Counted from the first letter of the stretch, positions 19,371 to 30,628 are shown. The stretch: DNA of 64,000 nucleotides from an uncultured Spirochaetota bacterium (GCA_963820525.1 CAWGAA010000003.1:32001-96000), one strand, 5' to 3'. Notes: a model not told the origin generated them from the sequence alone. Made by a program: numbers and translations.

Positions 19371-21681
19371 TTGATGCAGAATGGGAGGCGGCGAACGAAG
19401 AAAGCGCGGACCTCGATCCTTCGGCTTTCGTACTTCCGCCGGATCTTTCTCTATTTCACCGCTCTCGTATCCGCGGTGGTGATCGCGAGCGCGGTAGCCT
19501 CATACCTTGTCGCCCGCGCCCAGATCCTCCGCGCGGTCAATGAACGCTCCGAGCGGGACCTCGAGCGGATCGCCGCGTCGTTTTCTTCGATTGTCGCATC
19601 TTCCATCATCCCGGCGGCCGAGCAGGTCTACGAATCCTTCCCCGTGCAGAAGCTGATCTACGGCAGCGCCCTCACGGACCGGGAGCGCCTGGACGCTACC
19701 CAGCTCCTCGACCGTTTCAAGCTCGCCAATCCCCTCATCGACTCCATCGTCGTCTACAACCATCAGTCCTCGTTCTTCTATTCCACCAAATGGGGGCCGC
19801 GGCCGGCGTCGGATCCTGCGATGAGCGGATTGAGCGCGCTTTTGAGCGACATCTCGGTCTTTCCCCTCTACCGCATCATCCCGAGAGTCGCGGAGGGAAC
19901 CCGCCTCTTCACCGTCATCGTCGGATATCCGCCGAGAACCGAAAAGAATCTTCTCGGGGCCCTCGTCGTGAACGTCAACGAACCGGCGGTGAGGTCGCAG
20001 ATCATCGGCGGGATCGAAAGCCAGGGAGGGAGCCTATCGATCCTCGATGGAAGCGGGATCATCCTCTCCGCTTCGGATCCCGTGCTGTTTGGAGCGCGCG
20101 CCTCGACGGGAGGGGCCCTTGCCCAAGCCATAGCCGCCCAGCAGCTGCGGGGTTTTTTCGACAACCCCAAGGAGCGGGAAAGGGTCTCCTATTATCGGGA
20201 TCCCGCGGGGGAATGGCTCTATGTATCCGCGATCCCCGATGCCGTGCTTTTCGCGGAGATCGCCCAGAGGCGAAACCAGCTCGTGCTCGTCTTCGGCGCC
20301 CTCTTCGCCCTCGCGCTCCTGCTCGCGCTCACGACCACCCGCTCCGCCGCGGTTCCTGTGGAGCGGCTCATCGGCCAGGCGCGCGCGCTCCACGAGGAGT
20401 TCCTCGACATGGACCACAGGGGTCCGGCCGGGGATGAGGTGGCGCTCGTATCGGAAACAATGCGCCAGCTCGACGAACGGCTTCGAGCGGTGCGGCTGGC
20501 CATTGAATCGGGAGCCGCGTATCGCGAACGCCGCGCGCTCGGGCGCCTGCTCAGGGGTGAAACCCTCGGCCCGGAGGAAGTCGATGCGCTCAAGGCGAGG
20601 ATCGCCGTCGACGACACCAGTCCGGCCGTCATCGTGCTCGCATCACCGGAACCAGACGGCGTCGGCGCGAAGAGCAACACCGCCCCGGCAGTATTGCATA
20701 GCGGTGAGGAGGCGCCGCCCGATTTCAGCGCCTTCACGGCGGAATTGGAGAAAGCCGTACCCTGCGTTCTGGCCAGCGCGCAGCTCGCGCGGGAGGGGGT
20801 TGCGGCCGTCGTCTCTCCGGGGGATCAATCCACGCTCATCACCGCGCTGGAGCTGTTCGTCGCGGAAAGAGCGGGGTCCTGGACCTTCGGGGTGAGCGAT
20901 GCGGTGGACGAATGGGACGCGCTCCCGGACGCCTTCGAATCCGCCCGCCAGGCCCTCCACTATCGCTTTCGTTTCGGGAAGGGCGCCGTCATCCCCGTCT
21001 CGAAATGCGTCGCCGAACGCCCCTACACCATTCCCGACGAGCGCCTGCGGAGATTCGCCGAGCACGCCCGTCTGCTGGAATCCGAAGAGACCCTCCGCGT
21101 CGCGGGGGAGCTGCTACAAGAAGTGCGCGCGTATACGTATGAGGACTTCATATTCCTGACGCAGCACCTCCTCTACGCCCTCGAACGCCTTTTGCTCGAA
21201 TCGCGCTCGGACGCGCACAACGATCTCGGGGCACTTCCGGTCGTACCGAATGAACACGAAATGGGCGGACACGCCGGAGCACGTTCTGCGGGTCATCGAA
21301 AAATTCTATAGAACGTACGCCGCGCATGGCCGTTTCCAGGCCGGGGACAGGACGGTGAACCTCGTTTCGGAGATTAAAAGGATCGTCGCGGAGAACATCG
21401 GAGATCCCAACCTCGGGGCAAAGCTCATCGCGGAGCGGGTTATGCTCTCCGTGAATTACGTGCGCGGCACCTTCAAACAGGCGACGGGGGGATCCCTCTC
21501 CACTTTCATTACCGACCTCCGCATCGAGAAGTGCGTCGCGCTTCTTCGCGCGACGCAGAAATCCGTGAAGGACATCTGCGCGGAGGCGGGGTTCGCCAAC
21601 TACACCTATTTCTTCACTCTTTTCAAGAAACGAACGGGACACACGCCGCAGGATTATCAGCGCGCGAATCAGAGTTCCTGA
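19371..21681 (+). pseudogene. Membrane-anchored AraC regulator (TM-Cache-like-TM...HTH), frameshift near 21240
   Basis: Two TM helices flank an extracellular domain; the AraC HTH is in ORF 21250-21681 (EAGFANYTYFFTLFKKRTGHTPQDY). May be a sequencing error. Confidence 0.75.
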
Positions 21682-21802
21682 TGGAATTCCCGGATCCGGA
21701 TGCGCGGTTTTCGAAGGAACCGGTGGAATTCGGAGTTTACGGCGCGATGAGCCTCCCCAATAATCGGTCGGAACGAAACGCCGAAGCAAGGAGGATTCCG
21801 AA

Positions 21803-23104
21803 ATGAGACAAAGCAGATCGACAGTACTTTTCATTGCGCTGCTCGTAATGATGCTCCTGGCGGTCCCGATGGTGTTCGGGACCGGGGCATCGGAGGCCGC
21901 GAAAGGGCCTGTGACGATCAAGTACCTGTTGTGGCAGGACCCTACGTACTCGAGCATCATCCAGGCGTTCAATGACTCCCAGAAGGCCATCATCGTGGAT
22001 CCCCAGGTCATTGACTCCGCGGATTACGAGACAAAGCTCACGACGATGCTCGCCGGCGGGGCGCAGATGGACGCCTACATGCAGAAGCGCCAGACCGACA
22101 TGTTCACCCAACACGCCAACGGGTACATTGAGCCGCTGGACGCGCTGATCAAGAAGTACAACTACGACAGGTCGGGGATCGATCGCTTCCTGTCCGCGGT
22201 CACGGTGGATGGAAAGGTCGTCGCCGTGCCGTTCCGCGGCGCCTCGTATTACACCTACTTCAATAAGAAAATCTTCGCCGCCGCGGGGATGGAAACGCCG
22301 GATGTATACGTGAAGCGCGGGGAGTGGACCTGGAAAAAATTCATTGAGGTGGCGGAGAAGCTTTCCACGGGGGATGGAAGGATCTACGGCGGACTGTTCT
22401 ACACGTGGGCCGCCTGCTCCGTCATCCCCGCGATCCAAAACAACATCAAGTTCATCACCCAAGACGGGAAGATCGACATCGATGACAGCGTCCTGCAGAG
22501 CTTCAAGATAAGGAAGGAGCTGGAGAGCAAGAAAGCGATCATCCCGCTCGTCGAGCTGCTCACCACGAAGCTTCACTACTCCAACGCGTTCTTCAAGGGA
22601 AACGTGGCGATGCTCCTTATCGGGGAATGGTTCCCCGGGATGATGATGAACGCGAAGGACAAGAACCAGCTCGAGGGATTCACGTGGAACGATTGGAGCG
22701 TCACCCGGCTCCCCTGCGACCTTCCCACGTACGTCTCCATGGGCTCGCCGACCTTCAGCCACGTATCCTCCAGCTCCAAGCAGAAGGACGCGGCCTTCAA
22801 TTTCATCGGCTGGATGGGAAGCGCTGCCGGGGCGGAGATCGTGGCAAAGGCCGGATTCCTTCCGGCGGTCATGAGCCCCGCGGTGAAAAAGGCGCTGGGA
22901 TCCGCGCTTCCCGACGATCAATCCCTCACCTATTTTACAGAACCCGCGAAGGTGCTCCCGGGCTGGTACACGAAGTACGGCTCACGCGTGGAGCAGGCGC
23001 TCAACGTCGTCATTCAGAAGTACCTCCTCAACGAGATGTCTGACTCCGAGCTCATGAGCACGCTGCGCAGCGCATTCCAGGAGATCGTGAACACGACCAA
23101 CTAA
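21803..23104 (+). CDS. Carbohydrate ABC substrate-binding protein (family 1)
   Basis: Signal peptide; DYETKLTTMLAGG; YFNKKIF; WTW; FFKGNVAM. Confidence 0.92.
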   Translation: MRQSRSTVLFIALLVMMLLAVPMVFGTGASEAAKGPVTIKYLLWQDPTYSSIIQAFNDSQKAIIVDPQVIDSADYETKLTTMLAGGAQMDAYMQKRQTDMFTQHANGYIEPLDALIKKYNYDRSGIDRFLSAVTVDGKVVAVPFRGASYYTYFNKKIFAAAGMETPDVYVKRGEWTWKKFIEVAEKLSTGDGRIYGGLFYTWAACSVIPAIQNNIKFITQDGKIDIDDSVLQSFKIRKELESKKAIIPLVELLTTKLHYSNAFFKGNVAMLLIGEWFPGMMMNAKDKNQLEGFTWNDWSVTRLPCDLPTYVSMGSPTFSHVSSSSKQKDAAFNFIGWMGSAAGAEIVAKAGFLPAVMSPAVKKALGSALPDDQSLTYFTEPAKVLPGWYTKYGSRVEQALNVVIQKYLLNEMSDSELMSTLRSAFQEIVNTTN

Positions 23105-23119
23105 GGACCCAAAAGGAAA

Positions 23120-23145
23120 GGGCGCGCGGGACGGTCCGCGCGCCC
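23120..23145 (+). terminator. GC-rich stem-loop after the SBP gene
   Basis: GGGCGCGCGG-GACGGT-CCGCGCGCCC. Confidence 0.6.
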
Positions 23146-23165
23146 TCATGTGAAGGAATAAGGCG

Positions 23166-24065
23166 TTGAGGAAATACCGGACCAATACACCCGCACTCGT
23201 CGTCGCCGCATTTCTGCTCCCCAGCCTACTGGGATTCGTCGTCTTTCTCCTTATCCCGATGATCGCGACGCTTGGGCTCTCCTTCACCAACTACTCGGGA
23301 GGGAGACGGTTGAACTGGCTGGGCATCACCAATTACCTTACGGCGTTTGCCAGCCCGGGATTCCTGCAATCGCTTTGGGTGACGGGCAAATTCGTCGTCA
23401 TGGCCGTGATAGCTCAACTCGTGCTCGGCCTCGTCTTTGCCCTGCTTTTAAATCGACGCCGGGCGGGAAGAACGATGTTTCGAAGCCTCTTTTTCCTTCC
23501 CTGCATCCTCTCCTCGATCGCCATATCTCTCGCCTTCATGATTATCTTCAATCCGACGGTCGGACCCCTGAATGAGCTTCTCCATTCCATTGGTCTACAC
23601 GCTGTTCCCTGGCTCACGAGCCCCAAAACGGCGCTCCTTACGATCGTGATCGTCACGGTCTGGCAATCATTCGGCTACTACATGGTGCTTTTCATCGCCG
23701 GGCTTCAAACCATCAATCCCGCCCTGTACGAGAGCGCGGATTTGGATGGGGCGACGCCGATGCAGAGGCTCATTGCGATCACCCTTCCCATGATCAGTCC
23801 GACGACGTTCTTCTGCGTAACGACGGCGATCATTCGCGGATTCCAGGTCTTCGATCAGGTCTACATGATGACGGGGGGAAGGTTCGGGGGCGGCCCCGCC
23901 GGCGCAACATCGGTCCTTGTATTCGACATCTATGCAAACGCCTTCCAAGTCTTGCGAATGGGCTACGCCTCCGCGGAGGCCACCATTCTCCTTCTCTTCC
24001 TCTTCGTCATCACGTTCATCCAGTACAGGGCTCAGAGGGGATGGGTAACCTATGATACCGCGTGA
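23166..24065 (+). CDS. Carbohydrate ABC permease (MalF-like)
   Basis: EAA-like motif LYESADLDGA; multiple TM segments. Confidence 0.93.
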   Translation: MRKYRTNTPALVVAAFLLPSLLGFVVFLLIPMIATLGLSFTNYSGGRRLNWLGITNYLTAFASPGFLQSLWVTGKFVVMAVIAQLVLGLVFALLLNRRRAGRTMFRSLFFLPCILSSIAISLAFMIIFNPTVGPLNELLHSIGLHAVPWLTSPKTALLTIVIVTVWQSFGYYMVLFIAGLQTINPALYESADLDGATPMQRLIAITLPMISPTTFFCVTTAIIRGFQVFDQVYMMTGGRFGGGPAGATSVLVFDIYANAFQVLRMGYASAEATILLLFLFVITFIQYRAQRGWVTYDTA

Positions 24066-24891
24066 GAGCTCGCTCCCCCGCCGGCTTTTACAGACGCTCG
24101 CCATTTACCTGGCTCTCGCTGTCATGGCGGTGATAGTCCTCTTTCCCTTGCTGATCATCGCCTCGTCCTCGTTCAAGAACGAGGGAGAAATATTCAGCTG
24201 GCCCCTGACCATCGTCCCCCACCATCCCATTTTCTCGAACTTTGAGGCCCTCCTGGACCGCTTCCCTCTTTATATATGGAATTCGGTCAAGGTGACGGCC
24301 GCGATCGTCGCCGTGCAATTCATTACGTCCACCACCGGGGCATATGCGTTCTCGAAATTGCGCTGGCGGGGGAGGGACGCCCTTTTTCTGCTCTATATCG
24401 CTTCCATCATGATCCCCTCCAACTCGGTCATCATACCGCAATTCATCATCGTCCGTTCCCTTGGATTGTACGACACCCACGTGGCGCTCGTCCTCGTCTC
24501 CGCTTTCAGCGCCTTTGCGGTCTTCCTCACCAGGCAATACTTCCTCACGATCCCCGATTCACTCCTTGAAGCGGCGCGGATCGACGGCGCGTCGGAGTTC
24601 AGGATCTTCTCCCGGATAATGCTCCCGTTGTCGAAACCCATTGCGGTGACCGTGATAATCTTCTCCTTCCGTTACTTCTGGAACGACTTTTTCACCCCCC
24701 TTATCTATCTCACCTCCCCGGTCCTGAAGACCCTCCCCCTCGGAATGGCGGAGTTCGCCACCGAATACAGCGTCTCTTACGGTCCGCAGATGGCGGCGGC
24801 CCTCATTTCGATTCTTCCCGTGCTTGTGATCTTCATCATGGGACAACGCTATTTCGTAGAGGGTGTCGTGGCCTCGGGGATCAAGGGATGA
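24052..24891 (+). CDS. Carbohydrate ABC permease (MalG-like)
   Basis: IPDSLLEAARIDGA; WNDFFTPL. Confidence 0.93.
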   Translation: MIPRESSLPRRLLQTLAIYLALAVMAVIVLFPLLIIASSSFKNEGEIFSWPLTIVPHHPIFSNFEALLDRFPLYIWNSVKVTAAIVAVQFITSTTGAYAFSKLRWRGRDALFLLYIASIMIPSNSVIIPQFIIVRSLGLYDTHVALVLVSAFSAFAVFLTRQYFLTIPDSLLEAARIDGASEFRIFSRIMLPLSKPIAVTVIIFSFRYFWNDFFTPLIYLTSPVLKTLPLGMAEFATEYSVSYGPQMAAALISILPVLVIFIMGQRYFVEGVVASGIKG

Positions 24892-26703
24892 GCGAGAACC
24901 GGCCTTCGAATTTCGATCCCGGCATACACGTCGTCCACTACGCGGACGAGTTCAGGGCCCAGCGGTTGGATCATCGGACGCTCATCAACGATTTCGGACG
25001 GCAGCGCGAACCACTCGACGGAGAGTGGAGCTTCGTCGTGGACCAGTACGACAGCTTCCTGCGCCTCCGCTGGTTCGAGGAGCGCGAGAGGGATCCCGAA
25101 GGCCGGCCCCTTCCCCGGGATTACGATTTCGAGGCGTGGGAACGGATGCCCGTTCCCTCCTGCTGGAACGTGAGAAAGCCCGATTACCTCCTGTACGAGG
25201 GATCCTCGGTCTACACGCGAACCTTCCCATACAAGCCGGCGCAAGCGGGGCGCGCCCGTCAACCCCGCGTGTTCCTCAAGGTCGGCGCGGCCAACTACGA
25301 ATGCTTCGTTTTCCTGAACAAACGCTGCCTGGGCTCCCACCTGGGAGGCTCGACGCCGTTCTTCGTGGAGGTCACCCCGCACCTCCTGCCGGACAATCGC
25401 ATATCCCTCGTCGTGAACAACCGCAGGGAGAGCTTCCACGTCCCGGCGGACAATACGGACTGGTTCAATTACGGGGGGCTGTACAGAAGCGTGGAGCTGA
25501 TCTACGTTCCCGAGACCTTTATCAAGACCTACCAGGTCTCTCTTGTGCCCGGAGGCAGATTCGGCGCATTACGCGCGATGGTGGACCTCGACGGTTCCGA
25601 TGCGGAGGGGGAAGCGACCCTCCGCATCCCCGAGCTCGCGGTGGAGACACGGTTCGCCGTGTCCAAGGGGCTCGGCGCCTGTGAGCTCGAGGCTTACCCC
25701 AAGCTTTGGTCCCCGGAGTCGCCGAAGCTCTACAACGTAGAGATCTCCTATTCCGGTGGATCAGTGACAGACGTCGTGCGCGATAGAGTGGGATTCCGGG
25801 AGATCGCAACGCGCGGAACCTCGCTCCTGTTGAATGGAAAGCCGATCTACCTCAGGGGCGTGAGCTGCCATGAGGACAGCGTGGAGAACGGGAAGGCGGT
25901 ATCGCCCTCCGAGATCAGGGGAATGCTGGAGACCGTGCGGGAGCTCGGCTGCAATTTCCTGCGCCTCGCGCACTACCCCCACGCGGAGGAAGCGGCCCGG
26001 ATGGCCGACGAGCTGGGGATGCTCCTCTGGGAGGAAATCCCCGTGTATTGGGCGATCGACTTCGCGAATCCCGAAACATTCGCCGATGCGTACAACCAGC
26101 TCTCGGAAGCTCGTGCTCCGCGACCGCAACCGCGCCAGCGTGATCCTTTGGTCCGTGGGAAACGAAAATCCGGACAGCGACGAGCGGCTCTCCTTCATGT
26201 CGAGGCTCGCCAGCCGGGCGCGGGAGCTCGATCCCACGCGGCTCGTGACCGCAGCATGTCTCTGGGACACGCGGAACATGCGCATCGCGGACCGGCTTGC
26301 CGAGCACCTCGACGTACCGGGGATCAACGAATACTACGGCTGGTACGTCATGGGCTTCGATCGCCTGGAGCGGTTCTTCCGCGGGAGCGCCCCCGGCAAG
26401 CCGGTCATCGTGAGCGAATTCGGTGCCGATGCTCTGGCCGGGCATATTGGGGAAAAGAATGAGCTTTTCGGCGAAAACTATCAGCTCCACGTCTACCGCG
26501 AACAGATCAGGGTGATAAGCAAAGCCGATTACGTGGTCGGAATGACGCCGTGGATCCTCTTCGATTTCCGCTGCCCGCGGCGGACCAACGCGTTCCAGCG
26601 GGGATACAACCGCAAGGGATTGGTCGCCGCAGACCGCGTCCAACGGAAGCTTGCGTTCGCCGTTCTACAAGAGTATTACCGCGAGCGTGCTGAAAAGGAT
26701 TAG
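24888..26703 (+). pseudogene. GH2 beta-glucuronidase-like glycoside hydrolase, frameshift near 26108
   Basis: LRGVSCHED, LRLAHYPH, then in another frame WSVGNE, VSEFG and YNRKGL (N-x-K motif typical of GUS). May be a sequencing error. Confidence 0.8.
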
Positions 26704-27224
26704 CCGCGGGCGGAACGCTCACGCCCCGCCGTGAGCCCGTCCAGGTCGAGCCGCATCGTTTCCCCGTCGAAAAACTCCACGGTCAGTGCTCCGCCATCAA
26801 GGGTCGCCCTTACAACAAGTCCCTCGAGCTGATCGAAGGCTTCGGGCTCGAGGCGGGCCACGATGAGAGCGGCGAAATAGTGCACACCGGCGGGAAGAAG
26901 CCGAATGCCCAGCGTGGGAACGACGCTCCTCAGATAGCGCACGTTCCCCCCCGTGTCCTCTTCTCCAGGGCTTCCCGTGGAAGCAGTCTCCCAACCCGCA
27001 AGCCCGCGTATGAAGCTGACCCTATTTCCCGCCCTGGCGTACCCGGCGGGAGAGTCCGAACACCGTATCTCCGGCTCGCCCTCGTCCCATCCCAGGGGAT
27101 ATCCGCCCTCGCGGAAAAAAAGCGGCCTTGTGCACTCCACGCGATGGACCGTGATGAGGATATCGCCCTTCACCGCGACCCATCCCGAGCCGTGCCCTCC
27201 CTCATCGGTCTCCAGAAGGGGATA
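26700..27224 (-). pseudogene. C-terminal remnant of an unknown protein, truncated by the ISCR oriIS end
   Basis: Protein-like sequence YPLLETDEGG...; the N-terminal part of ORF 26700-27413 is IS DNA. Confidence 0.5.
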
Positions 27225-27697
27225 ATTGATAGTAACTACTATAGGTCCGTCTGCGGGTGATTGCCAAATGGTGAGGCCGCGAGGCGGCAAAAAACGGGTC
27301 TTGCAAGCCGTGAGCTGCGGATTGAGTAGCCGCCCGTGAGGGACATCATGGGGAGAATCGACGCGCGAGTTGCGGCGGGGAGAAGAAGGGATGCCATCGC
27401 TCTCTGTATCCACACTGAAAGGACGGACTGGCCCCCAGGGTGGAGTGAGGGGAGAGGAATCAATTCAGCGACGCGGGGTGCAAACCAGGTGGAGCCTTGC
27501 CGGTCTTGATGAGATGTCGCAGGATCTTGAGGGCCACTGCTTGGGGTCTGTGATGACGGCAAGCACCTTCATCGGTTCGCCGCATCGCGCGCAGATCAAC
27601 GGATCCGCGTCGTAGACCTTCTTGATCAGCCGAGCCCAGGCGGCACGGCTCTGCTTGGCCGACACGGAGTCATCGGATTGGTGATCGTCGGGTGCAC
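27225..27697 (-). mobile_element. Second, truncated copy of the ISCR-like element (oriIS plus transposase 3' end)
   Basis: Near-identical to 14663-15132. Confidence 0.92.
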
Positions 27698-27736
27698 CGA
27701 CCAACGCTTATGATCACTTGGATGCGTTGCGCGCCC

Positions 27737-28159
27737 TCACTTGCAGCAGCCGCTCTTGGCGCTCCCGCCGGCGTCGGCAGCCGTCACCCCGCTTATGCTG
27801 CCGGCCGACCCGGCCTTGCCTGCTGCTTGGCCGGCCTCTCCGCATCCGCCTGCCCCTGCCTCTCCCGTGCTCTCCCCACCGCATCCGCATGCCGACCCTC
27901 TGCCGGTAAGGGCGCCGTTGATGATCGCCGCGGCGCATCCCACGCCGCTTTTCACTTTTATTGCTCCAAAGCGGCAGTTGGCTTCGCAGGCGCCGCACTC
28001 CATGCACAAGTCACGGTCGGTGAGAAGGGCCTTGCCGCCGTTCACCCTTTCGGAGTCCGGCATGAACACGCCGTGGGGACACACCTCCCAGCAGCGGCCG
28101 CAGCCAGTACACACGGCCGGATCGTAGGTCAGGGTCACCACGTTCGCTATGTATTTCAT
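27737..28159 (-). CDS. hgcB: Mercury methylation ferredoxin HgcB (2x[4Fe-4S]) with extended Gly/Ala/Cys tail
   Basis: CTGCGRCWEVC, CMECGACEANC, GVGCAAAII, terminal GCCK; ATGA overlap with the hgcA stop. Confidence 0.95.
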   Translation of the reverse strand: MKYIANVVTLTYDPAVCTGCGRCWEVCPHGVFMPDSERVNGGKALLTDRDLCMECGACEANCRFGAIKVKSGVGCAAAIINGALTGRGSACGCGGESTGEAGAGGCGEAGQAAGKAGSAGSISGVTAADAGGSAKSGCCK

Positions 28160-29190
28160 AGAAGGCTCCATTCCTTCAGCTTGGAAAGCACAAGGGCGGC
28201 CATGCTCAATACTCCCGCCGCGATATAGAATGGCAGCATGACCTTGATCTCCTTTTTCACTCCGGAGGGGCTGGTGAAGGTGGTCGCACCGGTGAAGTTC
28301 AAAGCCATATAGGCGCTTGCCGCGGGAAAGAAGAGGTAGCAGGCGGCAATCAGGAAAGGGTCCATGCCGGCGGCCAGGCCCAGGCCGTGCAGCAGTGCCG
28401 CGGTTCCCGCCGCTCCCAGGATCCACCCTTTCACGGAGAACAGGCGGAAGGGAATAAAGGGCAGGAGCACGGGGGCAAGGAACGAGCCGCAAAGGATAGA
28501 TGCCAAGCCCAAGGCGAACAGGGGCAGACCATTGGTCCACCCTCGGCTGAAGACTATTCCCGCAGGCGTCACGCCCATGATCACGAACGCGGCCAGGAGA
28601 AACGCGGGGTAGCGCATGAGGGATTGGCTCAGCTCCATGGGGGCCAGGGTGAGCCGCTCTGTAATGCCGAAACGCACGCGCCGCATCTCCGGGCTCGCCT
28701 TCATGCCCGCGCTCATGTACGCGGGGAGGTCCCGCGCGCGCACCGGCCCGAAGCGGACACGGAACCCCGTCCTCTGCTCCACGACGTGGGCGCGGATCCC
28801 GGGGGCGCCGAGCTGGGGAAGGATGATGGTCCTATGGCGCACTACTTCGGCCAGCCGTGTCGCCTCGATCCGCTCCACCAGCTCTTCGGTGCCGAAGGTC
28901 CCCTTTCCAGCGGCGCACCAGACGTTGATGCCCTTCGTGTCCAGAACGAGGATCCAGCCGTCGATGCCGCCCAGCTCGCGGCGAAGGGTATCGAAGCTGA
29001 GCTTGTAGTTGGCGCTCGCGAAAACGGGGGAATCGAAGCCGGGGCTGCCCATGGCGTACAACCCCTGCGGCACGCTGTATCGGTTGCGATAGCTTCCGAT
29101 GCGGCAGCGCACGGCTCCCCACCTGTCTTCAGGCGACCATGCAGGGTTGGTTCTCAGGTACCTGGGTGGTGAAAGTATCGCGCTCGGCAT
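28156..29190 (-). CDS. hgcA: Mercury methylation corrinoid protein HgcA
   Basis: Cap-helix motif TKGINVWCAAGKG; ANYKLSFD; ILPQLGAPG; GPVRARDLP; C-terminal TM domain with NFTGATTFTSPSGVKKE. Confidence 0.97.
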   Translation of the reverse strand: MPSAILSPPRYLRTNPAWSPEDRWGAVRCRIGSYRNRYSVPQGLYAMGSPGFDSPVFASANYKLSFDTLRRELGGIDGWILVLDTKGINVWCAAGKGTFGTEELVERIEATRLAEVVRHRTIILPQLGAPGIRAHVVEQRTGFRVRFGPVRARDLPAYMSAGMKASPEMRRVRFGITERLTLAPMELSQSLMRYPAFLLAAFVIMGVTPAGIVFSRGWTNGLPLFALGLASILCGSFLAPVLLPFIPFRLFSVKGWILGAAGTAALLHGLGLAAGMDPFLIAACYLFFPAASAYMALNFTGATTFTSPSGVKKEIKVMLPFYIAAGVLSMAALVLSKLKEWSLL

Positions 29191-29223
29191 CGAGTGCCAG
29201 GGTACGCCGGGCGGAAATGCCTG

Positions 29224-30504
29224 TCAATTCGCCAGATGGGGCGTCGGCCGCTCCCCCTTCACCCGCATTGCGGCAAGGTGGCCCAGGAACACAACGGAGC
29301 TTGCAAGGAGGAAACCCGCCGCGGCCGCGAATGTCCGTGAATACCCCTGCCCCCTGATGAGATAGCCTCCCGTCACGGCGGAGAAGGCAAGCCCAAGGGT
29401 GGTTGCCATGTTGGCTACTCCGGACATGAGGGGACGCCAGCGTGAAGTGACGATCTGCAGGATATAGACCTGCATGGCCGCCTCGTTGATCGAGTTGGCC
29501 GCCGTCATTCCCGCCCACCCGAGCGCAGCCGCCGCCCAGTGCGGGAAAATCGAGAGGGGAACGACGCTCGCCATCATGACAAGGAGGCTCACCAGGGAAA
29601 CAGGACCTGTTCCCCTGCGTTTTGCCAGGACGGGCATGAGCGGGGTGAACGCGATTGCGGCAATCGAGGAGACGCTCACCAGGAGCCCGACCAGCGCGGT
29701 GGGAAGCCCGAGCTTCTCGTCGAGGTAGACGTTGTAGAAGTTGAGCACGCCCCCGTAGCCCATCTCGCGGAGGAAGCGTATCAGCGCGATCACGGAAACG
29801 ATCCCGAGGGGAAAGCGCCGCACCGAGGCCCTCTCCCTCTCCTCGCCGCCCGGAGCTTCGCGGAACATCGACAGGGCGACCAGACCCGGGATGAGAATGA
29901 CCACCGCCGTCCAGAGCGAAAAGCCATAGGGAGCGGGAGAGGAGAGCGAGCCGAGGTTCAGAGATGAAAAGAGCTGGGGCAGGAGGCCCCCGATGAGGCT
30001 GCCGCCGAAGGACGTGAGGGATACGATCGTGCCGTTGAAGGCGAAGGCGTAGGTGCTGGATCCTCCCCCGGCCGCGCTCATCAGGGCCGGGTTGGAGTTC
30101 ACCAGGAATATCGCACCGCCGATTGACGAAAGCACCCGGGAGGCGACGAGCGTCTCCATGACGCCTCCGCCGGGCAGGAAGGCAGCCACCGGCGCCATCC
30201 CCCAGCCCGCAATCGCCATGATGCCGCCCGATATCATCGACCGCCGGATGCCGAAGCGCACCCCGATCGCTCCGGCGGGCACGCTTGCCGCCATGTGGAT
30301 GATGTATCCGAGGAAATTGAGATTCCCCATCACCTCGGTTCCATATCCGAGACGGCGCACGAAGAGGTTGGTGAGAAGATACGTGATGCCCCAGTAGGTG
30401 AAACCGAGGAGACCGGCTACGGTGAACAGCAGGTAGACATTGCGGTCGAAACCTCGAATCGCGGAAGCCCAGCTCTGCCGCTGCCCCCTGTCAGGTTCTC
30501 TCAC
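29224..30504 (-). CDS. MFS transporter
   Basis: About 12 hydrophobic segments; motif-A-like GAIGVRFGIRRS; start taken at GTG 30504 (uncertain). Confidence 0.85.
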   Translation of the reverse strand: MREPDRGQRQSWASAIRGFDRNVYLLFTVAGLLGFTYWGITYLLTNLFVRRLGYGTEVMGNLNFLGYIIHMAASVPAGAIGVRFGIRRSMISGGIMAIAGWGMAPVAAFLPGGGVMETLVASRVLSSIGGAIFLVNSNPALMSAAGGGSSTYAFAFNGTIVSLTSFGGSLIGGLLPQLFSSLNLGSLSSPAPYGFSLWTAVVILIPGLVALSMFREAPGGEERERASVRRFPLGIVSVIALIRFLREMGYGGVLNFYNVYLDEKLGLPTALVGLLVSVSSIAAIAFTPLMPVLAKRRGTGPVSLVSLLVMMASVVPLSIFPHWAAAALGWAGMTAANSINEAAMQVYILQIVTSRWRPLMSGVANMATTLGLAFSAVTGGYLIRGQGYSRTFAAAAGFLLASSVVFLGHLAAMRVKGERPTPHLAN

Positions 30505-30628
30505 CTCCGAGTCCCCCGATCCCCAATGTCTTAAAGTATCGCGGAGGCCGGGCAAGAGGTCAACGCGTTGCCCCGGAAATCGCGGCCCTTCCGCATCGCC
30601 CAACGCCGCGCTATGATGGGCCTCGCAG

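Noticed and set aside
27737..28540. 267-aa ORF as a long HgcB or an HgcAB fusion
   Set aside because: The upstream part is an alternative frame of hgcA; the real start is the ATG at 28159 overlapping the hgcA stop.
28156..29190. CdhE/AcsC paralog, or selenocysteine-containing HgcA
   Set aside because: Has the NVWCAAGK motif with a TGC Cys codon, a TM domain and adjacent hgcB.
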